In this document: piece after piece, positions 17,372 to 27,300 of the stretch
Layout: each line of letters begins with the position of its first letter
Numbering within the stretch: position 1 is the stretch's first letter
Source of the DNA: a virus
DNA length: 64,000 nt
Reading direction: 5' to 3' (one strand)
IMG/VR virus record: IMGVR_UViG_3300032116_000082
Location: 1-64,000 of that record
Notes under the pieces: model-generated
The model's database searches: none
What the model saw: the letters and a program-made list of their open reading frames with translations, nothing else
Told to the model about the DNA's origin: nothing
Program-made: the position numbers and the translations under genes

Positions 17372-18168
17372 CGACGCGGGAGGAGGTCGAACGGGTCGGA
17401 AAACTGGGCGTCGAGGTCAAACCTCATGCGAAGGGCTACGCGTGCCGAATGCTCAATCGGTATTGGGTCATCGCCGATACCGAGGACCACGGCTTTACGC
17501 CCCACGCGAAACAGGACGGGTTCTGGGAAGCCTGGATCACGGCCTGGATGGCCCGCGAGCTCTCTTCCGATCACATCTTCGTCGATGTCGGGGCCAACGT
17601 GGGGTATTACGCCCTCTTTGCAGCCTCTCTGGGCTGCCGCACCGTCGCCTATGAGCCGCAGCACACCTTGGCAGAGCGCGTAGCGGCAGCGGCAGACATG
17701 AACGGCTGGCAGCAACACCTCAGCGTGGTCAACGCGGCGATCGGCGACAAGCCGGGACGCATGAAGCTCAATATTCCGCGCCATCATGGCATGAACGCGT
17801 CGATTACGCACTGGGGATACACGCCCAGCGGCGAGTACACCAGCTACGAGGTGGATGTGCTGCCACTCGACACCCTGCGCCAGTGGATGCCCAACCGCCC
17901 CATGTTGATCAAGATCGACGCCGAGGGCGCGGAGCCGCTGGTCTGGGCAGGCATGCAGGAGCTGCTGGAACGGGAAGGTAAGACCACGGTGTTAATGGAG
18001 TATCGGTGGGATCGGTACCCAGACCCGATGTTATTCGCTTCGCAGTTATTTGATCAGTTCTTGGTGTCGCACGTCGATTATGACGCCCGTGAGGTCCCGC
18101 TAGCTGGTCCGTTCGCGCTGTCATCTCGAGAGCATGAAGACTGGATGCTTGTCCTGAGGAAACCATGA
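17365..18168 (+). CDS. FkbM-family SAM methyltransferase
   Basis: FVDVGANVGYY, AYEP, LIKIDAEGAE. Confidence 0.88.
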   Translation: MLTTREEVERVGKLGVEVKPHAKGYACRMLNRYWVIADTEDHGFTPHAKQDGFWEAWITAWMARELSSDHIFVDVGANVGYYALFAASLGCRTVAYEPQHTLAERVAAAADMNGWQQHLSVVNAAIGDKPGRMKLNIPRHHGMNASITHWGYTPSGEYTSYEVDVLPLDTLRQWMPNRPMLIKIDAEGAEPLVWAGMQELLEREGKTTVLMEYRWDRYPDPMLFASQLFDQFLVSHVDYDAREVPLAGPFALSSREHEDWMLVLRKP

Positions 18169-18419
18169 GTCCACGCAAAAAGAAAACGGATGCACCGGTA
18201 GATGAGCTGAAGATCGATTTCACGGGGCGCATGGTCATCGTGCTTGAGCTCGAGGACTACGGTCCAATGGAAATTGGTATAGACGACAAGGACGCCGTAC
18301 TCGCTGTGGTGCGCGCGCTCATCGATCGCACGGATAGCACGATGACCGTGAATTCGTACTCGGCGTCGCGCGCGCGAACGCTCCGTCGTCTGCTGGAGCC
18401 GCTGGAGCCTACGGCATGA
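18165..18419 (+). CDS. Hypothetical protein
   Basis: ATGA overlap; GAGGA SD. Confidence 0.65.
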   Translation: MSPRKKKTDAPVDELKIDFTGRMVIVLELEDYGPMEIGIDDKDAVLAVVRALIDRTDSTMTVNSYSASRARTLRRLLEPLEPTA

Positions 18420-18709
18420 GCGGGAAGGGCGACACCCCCAGGCCGTACTCCGTCTCCCAAGGCCAGTACAGCAGTAATTGGGCGCGCACCTTTGGAGGGC
18501 GTGGCAAGATCTACGCAACCTGCGGTCACGAGTTGGTGTGTTTGCCGACCGAAGATGAGATCACCGTCATGGCCACGTACGACCGCCAGGGAAACCGAGC
18601 ACTCGCCTACCCGACACTCTGCTTGTCCTGCTATGAGGAGGCGAAGGCGGAGAACCTAATTCTGACGACTCCGGCAGAGCAGGAAGCCTGGCTCAACGGG
18701 CTCGGCTGA
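18416..18709 (+). CDS. Hypothetical protein with GKGxxPRP...NWxxxF peptide and Zn-finger
   Basis: MSGKGDTPRPYSV...NWARTFG, CGH...CLSC. Confidence 0.65.
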   Translation: MSGKGDTPRPYSVSQGQYSSNWARTFGGRGKIYATCGHELVCLPTEDEITVMATYDRQGNRALAYPTLCLSCYEEAKAENLILTTPAEQEAWLNGLG

Positions 18710-18711
18710 CC

Positions 18712-18801
18712 ATGAAAGACGATACGCCGAGCGTCGTGTTTTCCTGGATTGTGTTGGTGGTGGCCTTGGTCCTGGCGCTTTGGTTTGGCGGCTGCTTGTA
18801 G
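18712..18801 (+). CDS. Small membrane protein, 29 aa
   Basis: MKDDTPSVVFSWIVLVVALVLALWFGGCL*; last gene of the + arm. Confidence 0.5.
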   Translation: MKDDTPSVVFSWIVLVVALVLALWFGGCL

Positions 18802-18821
18802 TTAGTAGGCTATTCGGTTAT

Positions 18822-18916
18822 CGTGTCCGAAAAATGTAGCAATTTTCGGACACGCAGTTGTTCTGTTTTTCTTGTTCAAGAAATATCAAAAGCCAGGAAA
18901 ATCTTCCTGGCTTTTG
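18822..18916. terminator. Twin hairpins at the convergence of early and late arms (bidirectional termination)
   Basis: CGTGTCCGAAAA/TTTTCGGACACG (18822-54) and CAAAAGCCAGGAA/TTCCTGGCTTTTG (18887-916); AT-rich. Confidence 0.8.
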
Positions 18917-18938
18917 CTTAGTACGCGTGCGAAGGGTA

Positions 18939-19484
18939 CTATCCCGTCGTCAGCAGCGTATGAACCGCGGCACGAAGGCTTTCCAGGGATGCACCCTTGA
19001 GGCCACCAATATCGACCTTGCGACCACGAGGCCAGGCTTCGGCGGCATGATCAGTGATATGCCGTTCGACGTCTGTCCACTTATGGTTCCGCATGTACGC
19101 CACCAACACGCGCACCGCGGCAGCGAACTGGACCTCGGTGATGGCACTACCGTATGTGGCGGCAAAGGCTACGCCGTAAAAAGCAGAATTGGCGTCCTTA
19201 TATGGCAACACTCCACTACTCGGCCGACAATTTCCGGCGTGCCAGGCTCGCGCTGTGTCCGGGGCGATATCGACCACGGTGCCGTCGTCGAGAATTAGTT
19301 TGTTGTAAGAAGCCTTGCAGGCGGGACTACGGAGGAGGAATTCCACTGCGCCAGCGTCTGACGCGCTTGCGTCATAATGCATCATGATTCCCTTACGCGA
19401 CTCATAGGGCTTGTTGTTCCAATTGCCCTTCGCTCGTCGCGTGGTGGTATCAATCTTCCGCTTGGTGGTTTTGGCGACAGGCAT
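18939..19484 (-). CDS. Endolysin, N-acetylmuramoyl-L-alanine amidase (Amidase_2)
   Basis: IMMHY, ASYN, AWHAG, ITDH, RKVD. Confidence 0.88.
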   Translation of the reverse strand: MPVAKTTKRKIDTTTRRAKGNWNNKPYESRKGIMMHYDASASDAGAVEFLLRSPACKASYNKLILDDGTVVDIAPDTARAWHAGNCRPSSGVLPYKDANSAFYGVAFAATYGSAITEVQFAAAVRVLVAYMRNHKWTDVERHITDHAAEAWPRGRKVDIGGLKGASLESLRAAVHTLLTTG

Positions 19485-19486
19485 TC

Positions 19487-19786
19487 TTAGCGCCTCCGCA
19501 TGTCGCCGCGCTCATCGTCCTCCCACAGATTGTCGTAGCGTTTCTTCGCGGCTTCCGCTGCGGCGCTAGCGACACGACCAACTTGTGGGGCGAGGTACTG
19601 CGCGATACGAGGCCCAGCCGCCCAGGACAGCAGACCAATCATGACCGATGCGGCCAGGGGCCAAAACGCTTCGGCCGGACCATGCCACGCCGCCCAGACA
19701 ATGATGACCGTCCAAACAGCGAAGAAGATACGAGCGGCGGAGATGTTGCCTTTCTCGTCGGAGAACACCTGTCGGAAACCGTTCAT
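19487..19786 (-). CDS. Putative holin (2 TM)
   Basis: SDEKGNISAARI, two hydrophobic helices, charged C-tail; next to the endolysin; GAGGA SD. Confidence 0.65.
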   Translation of the reverse strand: MNGFRQVFSDEKGNISAARIFFAVWTVIIVWAAWHGPAEAFWPLAASVMIGLLSWAAGPRIAQYLAPQVGRVASAAAEAAKKRYDNLWEDDERGDMRRR

Positions 19787-20028
19787 CAAAAAGTCCTCTT
19801 GATTAGCTCGACGACCAAGCCGTACACGATGGCCATGCCGAGGTAAAGGAGTAGCAGCTTGCTCAGCGCTGCTGTGCATTGCGACCCGAAGCAATACCAC
19901 CCACCCTTCGGATCGGCATGTAAGTGTTTGCCACACGCACTACACACGATGTGTCCGCTTGCATCGACCGTGGGGCAGTGTTGTTCGAGGACAGCACAAA
20001 AGACTCGACGACAGAATCGCATGGTCAC
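19786..20028 (-). CDS. Small Cys-rich protein with C-terminal TM
   Basis: Several Cys including CSAC; hydrophobic C-terminus; ATGA overlaps at both ends. Confidence 0.55.
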   Translation of the reverse strand: MTMRFCRRVFCAVLEQHCPTVDASGHIVCSACGKHLHADPKGGWYCFGSQCTAALSKLLLLYLGMAIVYGLVVELIKRTF

Positions 20029-20516
20029 ACTCCTGTGCTACCGAAACCTCCAACGCGGTCTGAGACCTTCGTCACAGACCCTTCTCTCCAGTCCAAAACC
20101 TGTACCGTGCCGAGGACCAGTTGCGCGATGCGCTCGCCATGCTTCACCGAGACCATGTCCGTGCTGGTATTCTGCAGGATGACCATCCACTCGTCGGGGT
20201 AGTCGGAGTCGATGGTCCCCGGCGCGTTCAGCACGATGAGGCCCTTCTTCAGGGCGAGACCGGAGCGACTCCGGACCTGCATCTCGTATCCCCGCGGCAG
20301 GCGGGCCTTGAAGCCCAGCGGAATGGCCGCGCGCCATCCTTGCCAGAGCATGATCTCCGGACCGGTCTGCGTGATCGTGTTATGACCGCTTACGTACACG
20401 TTCACTGACCGCTGGTCCAGGTTGGCGACGGCATCAAGACCCGCGGCTTCCGCGGTGCTCGGCTGTGGCGGAATGACGCCAGGATAGAGTGGCTCGAAAT
20501 TGATCCACGGGGTCAT
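20025..20516 (-). CDS. dut: dUTPase
   Basis: AAGLD, RSRSGLA, GTIDSDY, RIAQLV, RVGGFGSTG. Confidence 0.95.
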   Translation of the reverse strand: MTPWINFEPLYPGVIPPQPSTAEAAGLDAVANLDQRSVNVYVSGHNTITQTGPEIMLWQGWRAAIPLGFKARLPRGYEMQVRSRSGLALKKGLIVLNAPGTIDSDYPDEWMVILQNTSTDMVSVKHGERIAQLVLGTVQVLDWREGSVTKVSDRVGGFGSTGV

Positions 20517-20791
20517 TTGCGCTGCTCCTGCTTAATGAACGAGATCTCGATCTGGTTCAGTAGCAGCACAAAGCCCAAGGCTGCCCAGGAATCAATTCGA
20601 GTGTCTGTCCAGGGAGCTAGGAGCCAATTGACCGCGAACATCGTAATCAGAGACCGGAAGGCGACGGACAGTATCGCCACCAATCCCATGAGCACGGCGT
20701 CCGAAGAAATGGAGATCCATCGACGTTTATTTTGAGGGCGCAGCATCAAGCCTCCAGACCATGGGTTCAAGAGTGTTGACGCTGCACCCAA
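20513..20791 (-). CDS. Membrane protein
   Basis: 2-3 hydrophobic segments; start uncertain. Confidence 0.6.
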   Translation of the reverse strand: MGAASTLLNPWSGGLMLRPQNKRRWISISSDAVLMGLVAILSVAFRSLITMFAVNWLLAPWTDTRIDSWAALGFVLLLNQIEISFIKQEQRK

Positions 20792-20796
20792 GATCC

Positions 20797-21492
20797 TTAC
20801 CTGCTGACCTGCGCCGTCATAATAGCCCCGGCCGCGAGGCCCATGAGGAGCGAAGTCCGACGGGACGGGGCGGGGATGAAGCCGAGGATTTTGACCGGCG
20901 GGGGCGGGCCGGGCATACCCTTGATCACCGCGACAAGGCTGTCCTTGGCGTCCTTGTATCCGAGAATCGTCAGCTTCTGCTCTCCAATCGTCGTGTCCTG
21001 CTTGGCAATGATCACTCGCTGGACTCGGATGGTCGTATCTTGCCGGAGAATGACCACGCGCTGCTCGGGGATAATCCGGTACGCCATTAAGACCGAGTCT
21101 GACATGGTGTGAAACAGGCTGTCCACACGGTTCCGGAGGCTGTCCGTCAGGTCATACCGGGGCAGTCGGCCCTTTAGGATCACCACGTCCTTCTCGAGCT
21201 TGTCGATGCGCGCCTGCCGGGTGGCGGCTACGAGCTCCACGCTGTCGGCAAACGCGCTCGCCCGCGCCGCCTGGGCCCGCCACTGCGTCTCTCGCTCCTC
21301 GTAGGGAGTCGTCACGTTCCGAATGACCTGCTGAAGCAGCATCACCGCAAAGGTGAACGTGAGCAGCGAAATGAGGGCAAAAACGATCCATTTTTGCATT
21401 CTTCCCAGCCACTGCGAGGCTACAAAAACATTACGGCGAACCAATCGGTTCGCCTTGTCATTCCATTCATTCCATTTGATCTGCATACCCAC
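20797..21492 (-). CDS. Membrane-anchored coiled-coil protein, spanin-like
   Basis: N-terminal TM, long heptad region (QDTTI repeats), PGPPPP hinge, hydrophobic C-terminus; in the lysis cassette. Confidence 0.5.
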   Translation of the reverse strand: MGMQIKWNEWNDKANRLVRRNVFVASQWLGRMQKWIVFALISLLTFTFAVMLLQQVIRNVTTPYEERETQWRAQAARASAFADSVELVAATRQARIDKLEKDVVILKGRLPRYDLTDSLRNRVDSLFHTMSDSVLMAYRIIPEQRVVILRQDTTIRVQRVIIAKQDTTIGEQKLTILGYKDAKDSLVAVIKGMPGPPPPVKILGFIPAPSRRTSLLMGLAAGAIMTAQVSR

Positions 21493-21498
21493 CCCGTT

Positions 21499-21744
21499 TC
21501 AGTAGAACCCGATCGGAGGCTTGCCCACCTTGGGCTTCTTGGGAAGCACGCCCACGACCACGTCTTTGTGGATGACCACGGCGTCGGTGACCTTCCAGTA
21601 GGGGCTGGCCCGACGCCAGAACCGCCAGCGGAGCGAATCGTGATAGGCTTCGAGGTCGGCGTACTCTTCACTCAGATTGCGTTCTTCCTCGATATCCACC
21701 CGAACCGGTTCCTGATTGGCGATGCGGATTTCCCAAAGCGCCAT
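21499..21744 (-). CDS. Hypothetical protein
   Basis: GGAG SD; 81 aa. Confidence 0.65.
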   Translation of the reverse strand: MALWEIRIANQEPVRVDIEEERNLSEEYADLEAYHDSLRWRFWRRASPYWKVTDAVVIHKDVVVGVLPKKPKVGKPPIGFY

Positions 21745-21759
21745 ATCAGTGCGCTCCGG

Positions 21760-22044
21760 TTAGTGATTGCCTTCCAGCTTCCCTTCGATCCTTGAGACCC
21801 GTTCCCGGACGTCGGCCAGGGTGTTGTGGATCTCCCGAAGACCATCTCGCAGAAGCTCGATTTCCGCCTCATTCCGCTCACTGGCCTTCTTGAACATGCC
21901 CCAGGTCACAAACGCTGCAGCCATCATTCCGGAGATCGTGAGCATGGCACTGACTGGTAGCGGTACCGACACCGCCTGCGTCTGGGTATAGATGTTGGCA
22001 CCCGCCACCGTTGCGGTCAGCGCAATAATCGAATGATCGGTCAT
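21760..22044 (-). CDS. TM plus coiled-coil protein (XhlA/holin-like)
   Basis: Hydrophobic N-half, then ...VRERVSRIEGKLE; GGAG SD. Confidence 0.6.
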   Translation of the reverse strand: MTDHSIIALTATVAGANIYTQTQAVSVPLPVSAMLTISGMMAAAFVTWGMFKKASERNEAEIELLRDGLREIHNTLADVRERVSRIEGKLEGNH

Positions 22045-22098
22045 CCGGGTCTCCGGCAAAAAGATTGTCGTGGACCCCCAGGTGGAGGCGATTCTCAC

Positions 22099-22107
22099 AA
22101 TAGGTCG
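22099..22107 (-). promoter_or_regulatory. CGACCTATT motif copy heading the lysis cassette
   Basis: In the loop of an AGGTGATTC/GAATCGCCT stem, just downstream of a terminator. Confidence 0.6.
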
Positions 22108-22128
22108 GCGGAATCACCTTGAAATAGC

Positions 22129-22157
22129 AAAAGCCGCCCCTGTGACGGGACGGCTTT
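22129..22157 (-). terminator. Intrinsic terminator
   Basis: - strand AAAGCCGTCCC...GGGGCGGCTTTT. Confidence 0.75.
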
Positions 22158-22181
22158 ACGCCTAGAGCTACTGGTCGCGGG

Positions 22182-22427
22182 TTACGCTTCGGCCGGAGCC
22201 TGGTCCGCAACCACTTCCTCCGGAGAACGGCAGACCAGCTCGCCGGTTTCTCCGTCGAGGTCGGCGATCCAGTTCTCCGGGACACCATGCGCATCAAAAA
22301 TGAGCTGAACAACCCGCTGGGCGTCCTGCTCCGCCTTCTGGATAAGCGCCCGAGCCTGCGCGAGCGTCCCCTGGGTTTCCGCCAGCTGCTTCAGCTGCAC
22401 ATCCGTGAGCTTCTTACGTTCGGCCAT
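22182..22427 (-). CDS. Small coiled-coil protein
   Basis: AAGGAG SD before MAERKK; 81 aa. Confidence 0.7.
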   Translation of the reverse strand: MAERKKLTDVQLKQLAETQGTLAQARALIQKAEQDAQRVVQLIFDAHGVPENWIADLDGETGELVCRSPEEVVADQAPAEA

Positions 22428-22429
22428 AC

Positions 22430-22603
22430 TTACTGCTCCTTCGATCGAGGTTGTTGTCGTAGATGTCCCGCGAGCTCTATCAGCTTGGTGCCTAACGCTG
22501 CCCAATCCGTGTCCGGTGGGAGACTATCGGCATCGCAGAAGGCCATCTCCTGCAATACCCGACCGGCTTCTTGGATGGCGTCGACGCAGCGTTTACAGGG
22601 CAT
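22430..22603 (-). CDS. Small hypothetical protein, 57 aa (below the ORF-track cutoff)
   Basis: MPCKRCVDAIQEAGRV...SKEQ*; fills the gap, stop 2 nt before the next ATG. Confidence 0.45.
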   Translation of the reverse strand: MPCKRCVDAIQEAGRVLQEMAFCDADSLPPDTDWAALGTKLIELAGHLRQQPRSKEQ

Positions 22604-22658
22604 AATTGAGCTTTAGGTGGGACATTCATATTGATTCGCCATCCACGTTTCTTACAGC

Positions 22659-23564
22659 CTACTGGGCCTGGCGCGGATCCTGGTATTGGACCGTGATGGG
22701 ACCCTGCAGCATGTTCATCGCCTCAGTTTTGAGCTTGTAGAACAGGTACAGCCGGGCGGTCTCGCCAGGACCGGTTCCGTTCGGGTACGTCGGATACGGT
22801 CCAGCAGGATACGGGTCACCGACGTTGTAGGTGCCGTAGGGGTAGATCAATGGCGTATTCCCGACCGGGTCGACCCCGGTGCTCCCGCTCAGGTTCGCGT
22901 ACCAGTAATAATCAAAATCGTCAACGGACAGTCCGCGGTTGGCGACTCGGATACGTATATCCGTAATCGCGTGTAGCATGGCGTTGAACTGGGCCATGTC
23001 CGGATCATACAGCAGGTCCACATAGTAATTGTTCGCCCCGCCGTCCCCATTCGTCTGAACGGGTTGCGTGCTGAATCGCGTGCCTTGCACGGTAATGCCG
23101 GTGGGAGGATTTGGAACGGCGGGTGTTTGCAGCCCCTCCCAGGCGATCGCGTTGGTGGCCTGCGTCGTGGCATTAGACACCAGGGCTCCGCGCACTCTAA
23201 GTCCGAGCCGGATTGTCGCGCCGTTGCTGGTGTTGGTGATCTCCTCTAGTGCAATTGAGGTGATGCCTGGATTTCCGTTGACCGGGAACATACTGATCCC
23301 CCAGGCCGCGGCGTCCGTGCGCTGAATGGCACCCGCGTTACCGCCCCGTGCAAAGCTGGCCGTGATGTAGATCAGCGAGTTGTCCGGCAACGTGGCGCCG
23401 GGGACTTCGATTGGGTCGGGCGGTTTCTCGGTGAACGTCCATCCGGTGACCAAGTAGTCCGTCATCTTGATCCCCTGCACCGCCTGCGTCACGTTGGTCT
23501 TGAACGACTGGCCGTCGATGCCGGAGGTCCCAGACGCCCGAATGAGCTCTCGTAGGTTTTTCAT
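22659..23564 (-). CDS. Putative tail/virion protein
   Basis: Beta-rich Gly/Thr/Asn composition; end of the tail gene block. Confidence 0.65.
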   Translation of the reverse strand: MKNLRELIRASGTSGIDGQSFKTNVTQAVQGIKMTDYLVTGWTFTEKPPDPIEVPGATLPDNSLIYITASFARGGNAGAIQRTDAAAWGISMFPVNGNPGITSIALEEITNTSNGATIRLGLRVRGALVSNATTQATNAIAWEGLQTPAVPNPPTGITVQGTRFSTQPVQTNGDGGANNYYVDLLYDPDMAQFNAMLHAITDIRIRVANRGLSVDDFDYYWYANLSGSTGVDPVGNTPLIYPYGTYNVGDPYPAGPYPTYPNGTGPGETARLYLFYKLKTEAMNMLQGPITVQYQDPRQAQ

Positions 23565-23566
23565 CG

Positions 23567-24385
23567 TTACGCCGCGTTGGGGAGGTTATACACAGTCGTG
23601 GCAAACGCCGACGAGGAGTAGTTTCCGTCAATCCACATCTGCACTTCCACCTCGACCGTGACGGTGTTGCCAGTGTAGTAGTCCACGATGTCGTAGCCAC
23701 CTGTGGACGCGAGACTCAGGTAGACCGTGGTCGCCGTTTGCCCAGGCGGCGCAACATGCGTAGACCAACCAGAGGGGTTGTAGTCGAACCGGTAGTTAAT
23801 GACGTACGTGGCACCGGCGGGGGCATTCGATGGGAACCAATAGATATACAGGATGTCGTCTTGGTAGCTGTTGACGGTCATGTACACCGTACCAATCGAC
23901 GGTGCAGACCTGGTTACGGTAATGGCATTGGAGCCAGTCAACGAGCTGTAAACGACACCGTTAAACAACCGCACATTAGCGTACAGTGTCTTCGACTCTC
24001 CGGCGTTCAAGGAAATGGTCCGTTCATGGAACTTGGAACCATCCGTGATCGCGTAATTCGGCCCATCTTGCGATCCGTTGGCGATCCATCGGACTTCCGC
24101 CTGCTGGTTGAGATCGTAGGACTGCACCTGCCAATCCACCCGCAGGTCCACTGGGCTCGTGCTGACCGTCACGTTCGACGCGCTCGAACCTTCGACGAGC
24201 ATCTGCACGTTGAACGGTGGCGACGGCGGACGCAGGTACATACGCCTCCACACCCCACTGGATTTGGTATACACCGCATCTGCACGGCGCCATACACCGC
24301 CGCTCTTGGCCCAGATAGAGTTCGTGGTGCCCGTGCTTTCGCTGATCTGTTTCCACCCAGTACTTGTCTTTACACGAAACGCCAT
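23567..24385 (-). CDS. Tail-fibre-associated protein with Ig/Fn3-like domains
   Basis: Three KxxGxW(K/R) repeats at the N-terminus; follows the fibre gene. Confidence 0.65.
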   Translation of the reverse strand: MAFRVKTSTGWKQISESTGTTNSIWAKSGGVWRRADAVYTKSSGVWRRMYLRPPSPPFNVQMLVEGSSASNVTVSTSPVDLRVDWQVQSYDLNQQAEVRWIANGSQDGPNYAITDGSKFHERTISLNAGESKTLYANVRLFNGVVYSSLTGSNAITVTRSAPSIGTVYMTVNSYQDDILYIYWFPSNAPAGATYVINYRFDYNPSGWSTHVAPPGQTATTVYLSLASTGGYDIVDYYTGNTVTVEVEVQMWIDGNYSSSAFATTVYNLPNAA

Positions 24386-24394
24386 AAATCACCC

Positions 24395-27300
24395 TTACGG
24401 AGTGTAGACAACCCAGATCGCTCCTTCCTCGGATGCTTCCGTGGTCGGTGCGTACGTCGCGACTCGTGTTCCAGCGAGCTTGTAATTCGTGTCGTAGGCG
24501 GTCTTGTTGGTCAACGTCTGCGATCCGGTCGTCGTGACGACCGTATTGTCGATGGCAACAGACACAGCCGTGCTTCCGTTGTAGCCGCTTCCACCCGTGA
24601 TCGACAGGCCGGTTCCAGCAGACAAGGTAGCGAGCGACACATTGAGCGTCTTGGCGGCACCGCCGTTGTATGTCCCGCCACCAGTGAACGATAGGCCCGT
24701 TCCGGCAGACAACGCATTGGCTACTTGTGAGGCGGTACCGGCGGTTGTAGCGCTGCCAGCGGTTGAAGCGCTGCCAGCACTTCCAGCGGATGTCGCGTAG
24801 CTGACGTTTTGACTTGCGATATTGCTGGACGTGATGACATTAACCAACTGGAGTTGCTGATTACTCATCTGCAAATTATCACCAAGCGTAATCGCGCCGG
24901 TTCTGCTACCAAAGGAAGTGACACCTCCTGTTGCGGTCGAGCTGATGGTAAACGTACCGGCCACATTGCTGAATGAGATGCCACTTCCGGCCGCGAGGGT
25001 GACGAGGCTATAGGCGGTCCCTGTGCCCAAGAGGATCTGGTTCGACGCGGGGGCTGACGTGAGGCCGGTACCGCCAGATCCAACGGCGAGGGTGCCGCTC
25101 AGGGTGAGTGTCCCGGTCGACGTGATGGGCGAGCCGGTAAAGGAAAGCCCCGTCGTACCGCCAGAGGCTCCAACAGACGTGACTCCGGTCGCCGGAGCCG
25201 CGGCGTTCACCCAATTCGTGCCGTTGAACTGCAGGATCTGTCCGTTGCTGGGCGACGACAACGATACCCCGCCGATCTGACTCAGACTATAGTCGCCACT
25301 CGTTGCCGACACAGCACCGGTCCGCCCAAAGACCGAGGTGACGGCATGAGACACGGTCACCGTGACACTTCCAGCGCCGGTCGTTTGGGCGGACACCGCA
25401 TTACCTGCAAAGTTGATCGTGCTCGCGGCACTCGTGATCTGGGTCCCCTCGTCGGAGACGGCGACCGAGCTACCGGACGTTGCCGCCGCGTTGGTCCACA
25501 CCCCATTGACACGCTTCAACACTTGCCCGTCGCTGGCACTGCTAATGACCACGTCCTCGAGTCCGTCGAGATACAGACCAGAAATGCCGCTCCCGGTCCC
25601 GCCCGTCAGGACAAAGTCTTGGGCGTAGATAATTCCACCAGCGGTAATGCTGCCCTTGACGAACATGTTGTTGCCGCTCGCGGTGTCCGCATAGGTATCA
25701 GACACCACAATGGCACCGACCTTAACCCCCAGGGCGGCATTTCCGGAGGTCAGGAATTGGGCGAACGTTCCGGCGGCATTGGCGATGTAGTCGCCGCCAC
25801 TGAACTTGAACGACGTGGCCGTGACTGCCCCGTTGACGCTCAGCGCACCACTGAGTGACCCGCCAGTGAGCGGCAGGTAATTGTTCAGCGATCCGGTTGA
25901 GGCTTTACCATCCAGAGCGGTCTGCAACCCAGTAATATCGCCGATCGCGTGCGTATGACTCGACGCTGCCTTACCGTCGAGTGCCCCCTGCAAGCCAGTG
26001 ATATCGCCAATCGCGTGCGTGTGACTCGAGGCTGCTTTACCATTCAGCGCAGCCTGCAACCCGCTAATATCACCGATCGCGTGCGTATGACTCGAGGCCG
26101 CCTTACCGTCGAGTGCCCCCTGTAAACCAGTAATATCGCCGATCGCGTGCGCGTGGCTCGGCATGTCGCCGGAGCTTAGAGCCGTGTTGACCCAGTTTGT
26201 CCCATTATGTCGCAGGAACTGTCCACTGCTGGGCGTGGTGAGCGCCACACCGCCCAGTTGACTAAGGCTGTAATCGCCACTCTGTGCCGTGATCGCGCCT
26301 GTCCGCCCAAAGACAGACGACACATTCCCGGTAACCGAGACCGTAACGCCACCATTGGCACTGGTCTGGGCCGATACTCCGCTTCCGGCGAACGTTAGCG
26401 ACGCCGCCGCCGCCGCGACTTGGGTCGTCTCGTCAAAAATGCTAATCGTGCCGCTCCCGGAGGAAGCTGCCGCGTTGACCCAGACACCGCCTACTCGCTT
26501 AAGGACTTGTCCTTCCTGGGCTCCGGTGATGACGACGTCTTCGAGGGCGTCCAGGCCCAAGCCGGAAATACCGCCGCCGGTTCCTCCAGTGAGCACGAAA
26601 TCTTGCGCATATACGATTCCGCTGACCGACACATCATTCGGGAACGAGTAGCTGCCCGTCCCCGTCGTCGCATCGCGCGCCGGAACAGACACCGTATTCG
26701 TGACCGTCTGGCCGTCTTTGACACACTTGAACGTGACGTTCTTCGGGTTCCCGTACGGTGCGTTCCGGAAGACGTCGAGAGTGAACGGGCTGGTAGTGAT
26801 CGCGGAGGAGTCCGTTCCGCCGTCCGTGGCGTGTGTCAGTGTCCCATCAAAGGTGGCAACCAGCGTATACTTGTCGGTATAGATGGTTTCTTTGACCGCC
26901 AAAGAAGGACCAAAGCTGGTCTTTTCCTTGGGCTGTACGTCGATGGAATCGATGTCCTGAATTCGCCCGGCGGCTGTCGCCGTGAAAACGACACGACCCG
27001 GACCCGAGCCGAAGTCCGGACGGTTGATCGTATATTCCCTGAAGCTGTTGGCCGTCTCTGGTGTCGTGAACTCGCCGATGCCGGTCGTCACGCTTTGCGG
27101 CGTCGCTGGCGTTAACGTTCCCACACCAAACTTGGCGGCGGTAATCGTCGCAGCCAGATTGGAGTACGGATCGTTAACCGCGACAATTACCTTGATGTAA
27201 TCGGCGTGGGTTTCCGTCTGTCGAATGCGAGCATTCAGGTATACGGTGTCGCGCCCAACGGCCGGAATCGTGGTAAAGTCGTCGTCCGACTGTCCGCCGA

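Noticed and set aside
25896-26158. 66-bp periodic repeats as a CRISPR array (a Cas4-like gene is present)
   Set aside because: In-frame coding repeats with mostly synonymous variation and no unique spacers; no cas1 or cas2.
25205-26620. Duplicated fibre module as a DGR template/variable pair or shufflon
   Set aside because: Both copies are coding in one ORF, differences are not adenine-specific, and I saw no reverse transcriptase or inverted crossover sites.
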